Assembly (NCBI GenBank): GCA_965237415.1
Contig: CBDEFM010000002.1
Coordinates: 1,344,001 to 1,408,000 of the forward strand
Direction: 5' to 3'
Source: Alphaproteobacteria bacterium
GTDB lineage: Bacteria > Pseudomonadota > Alphaproteobacteria > UBA828
DNA: 64,000 nt
Shown: positions 62,802 to 64,000 of the stretch, in pieces
Position numbering within the stretch: position 1 is the first letter of the stretch
Layout: every line of letters starts with the position of its first letter
The notes under the pieces: generated by a model
Databases searched by the model: none
What the model was told of the DNA's origin: nothing
Seen by the model: the letters and a program-made list of their open reading frames with translations, nothing else
Translations under genes and position numbers: made by a program

Positions 62802-63481
62802 GCACGCTCTTCGTCACCGCCACGGGCACCGAGATCGGCAAGACCCTCGTCACCGCGGCGCTCTGCCATCAGCTTCGCGCGGCCGGCCAGCCGGTGCGCG
62901 CGCTCAAGCCGGTGCTGAGCGGCTACGATCCGGCGACACTCGCAGACAGCGACCCCGGCGTCCTCCTCGCGAGTCTCGGCGAAGCGGTGAGCGAGGAGGC
63001 TGTCGCCAGCATCGCGCCCTGGCGCTTCAGTGCGCCCCTCTCGCCCGACATGGCGGCAGCCCGCGAGGGTCGCCGCCTCGACCTCGCGGAAATCGTCGCC
63101 TTCTGTCGTGCCGCCGCCGGCGACCCGCTCCTGATCGAGGGCATCGGCGGGGCCATGGTGCCGCTCAACGAGCGACACACCGTGCTCGACTGGATCGCGG
63201 AACTCGGCGCGCCTGCGTTGGTGGTGACGGGCAGCTACCTCGGCACCATCAGCCACACGCTCACGACGCTCGCAGCCATACGCGGGCGAGGCGTCCCCAT
63301 CGCCGGGCTGGTCATCAGCGAATCTGCGGAAAGCCCGGTGGCCCTGGCCGAGACGGCGGAGACCATCAACCGCCACGCGGGGCCGCTGCCCACCGTTCTG
63401 GTCCCGCGCCTCCCCAATGGCCCCGCCCCCTGGCGCAAGGCCCCGCCAATCGCCCGTGCACTGGGCCTCCTGGACGCCTGA
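62798..63481 (+). CDS. bioD: Dethiobiotin synthase
   Basis: FVTATGTEIGKT, KPV.SG, IEGIGG..VP, YLGTISH. Confidence 0.94.
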   Translation: MSTLFVTATGTEIGKTLVTAALCHQLRAAGQPVRALKPVLSGYDPATLADSDPGVLLASLGEAVSEEAVASIAPWRFSAPLSPDMAAAREGRRLDLAEIVAFCRAAAGDPLLIEGIGGAMVPLNERHTVLDWIAELGAPALVVTGSYLGTISHTLTTLAAIRGRGVPIAGLVISESAESPVALAETAETINRHAGPLPTVLVPRLPNGPAPWRKAPPIARALGLLDA

Positions 63482-64000
63482 AGAGACCGTCAGAGGACGC
63501 GCCTTCTCCCCACCCGTCAGGAAACCCCGGTCTCGAAGGGGATTACATCGTGATCCGGTGCAAGGAGCGCCGAACGGATCACCACGGTATGACTTGCAAC
63601 GCATATGAATCCATCTGTGCGTCATATGATATGCCGGCATATCGACAGTGATTGACTGTCAGTGCCGGGAGTGCGAGCCTTGCGGATCGACGCTCGGTCA
63701 CTCGATCGACAGCGCGCTTCCCGACTCTCCACCGGTCGCTCGTTGCCTAGTTTGGCCGCCGATTGGGAAGTGCAGTGAGGAATATGAAGCTCTTGCAACT
63801 GCTCTCGCTCTAGCCCGCATTGAGAGCCGGCTTTTATGGAACGTCGCCAAACGGGGCACCTGCGAGACCGGCAGAGGAGCGGTATCGCAAACGGAACCCG
63901 TGCGGAACCCACGGAGACCGATCCGAACAGCGTCCAAAGAAGCCGGCACGCAATTCGCTACGGCCTCGGGCTCTTGCTTGTTGCGTTGTGCGTCGGTCTT

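Noticed and set aside
63482-64000. Possible ncRNA or small genes in the terminal intergenic region
   Set aside because: Only weak palindromes and short ORFs without motifs; nothing supportable from this window

Overview
High-GC alphaproteobacterial (Rhodospirillales-like) chromosome segment. Core genes include petA/petB, sdhE-mfd, dxr-hpnC-hpnD, lgt, pgeF, prs-rplY-pth-ychF, mtnP, folB and bioF-bioD. Accessory catabolic genes include four hydantoinase/oxoprolinase-family genes, class III aminotransferases, LLM oxidoreductases, GSTs, an amidohydrolase, a PhyH dioxygenase, an atypical SHMT and diaminopropionate ammonia-lyase. The most interesting part is an accessory island at about 7.0-17.7 kb. 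It carries an intact four-gene operon: a coiled-coil hypothetical protein, a DUF2791/BrxD-like ATPase that has lost its Walker motifs, an intact DUF2791/BrxD-like ATPase, and a SNF2 helicase with an unknown N-terminal domain. The operon is followed by a decayed Type IIG restriction-modification gene start, cut by nested IS21 elements and a MITE. It is a candidate undescribed anti-phage system. Also present are several MITEs/REP-like repeats (one rewires the hpnD start), a DUF1778-GNAT toxin-antitoxin pair, a DUF1538-DUF1538-PII-CBS module, an orphan Mu gp27-like gene and a pth gene with an apparent ACG start. No rRNA, tRNA or CRISPR array was seen. Family names come from motif recognition by eye, not database searches.
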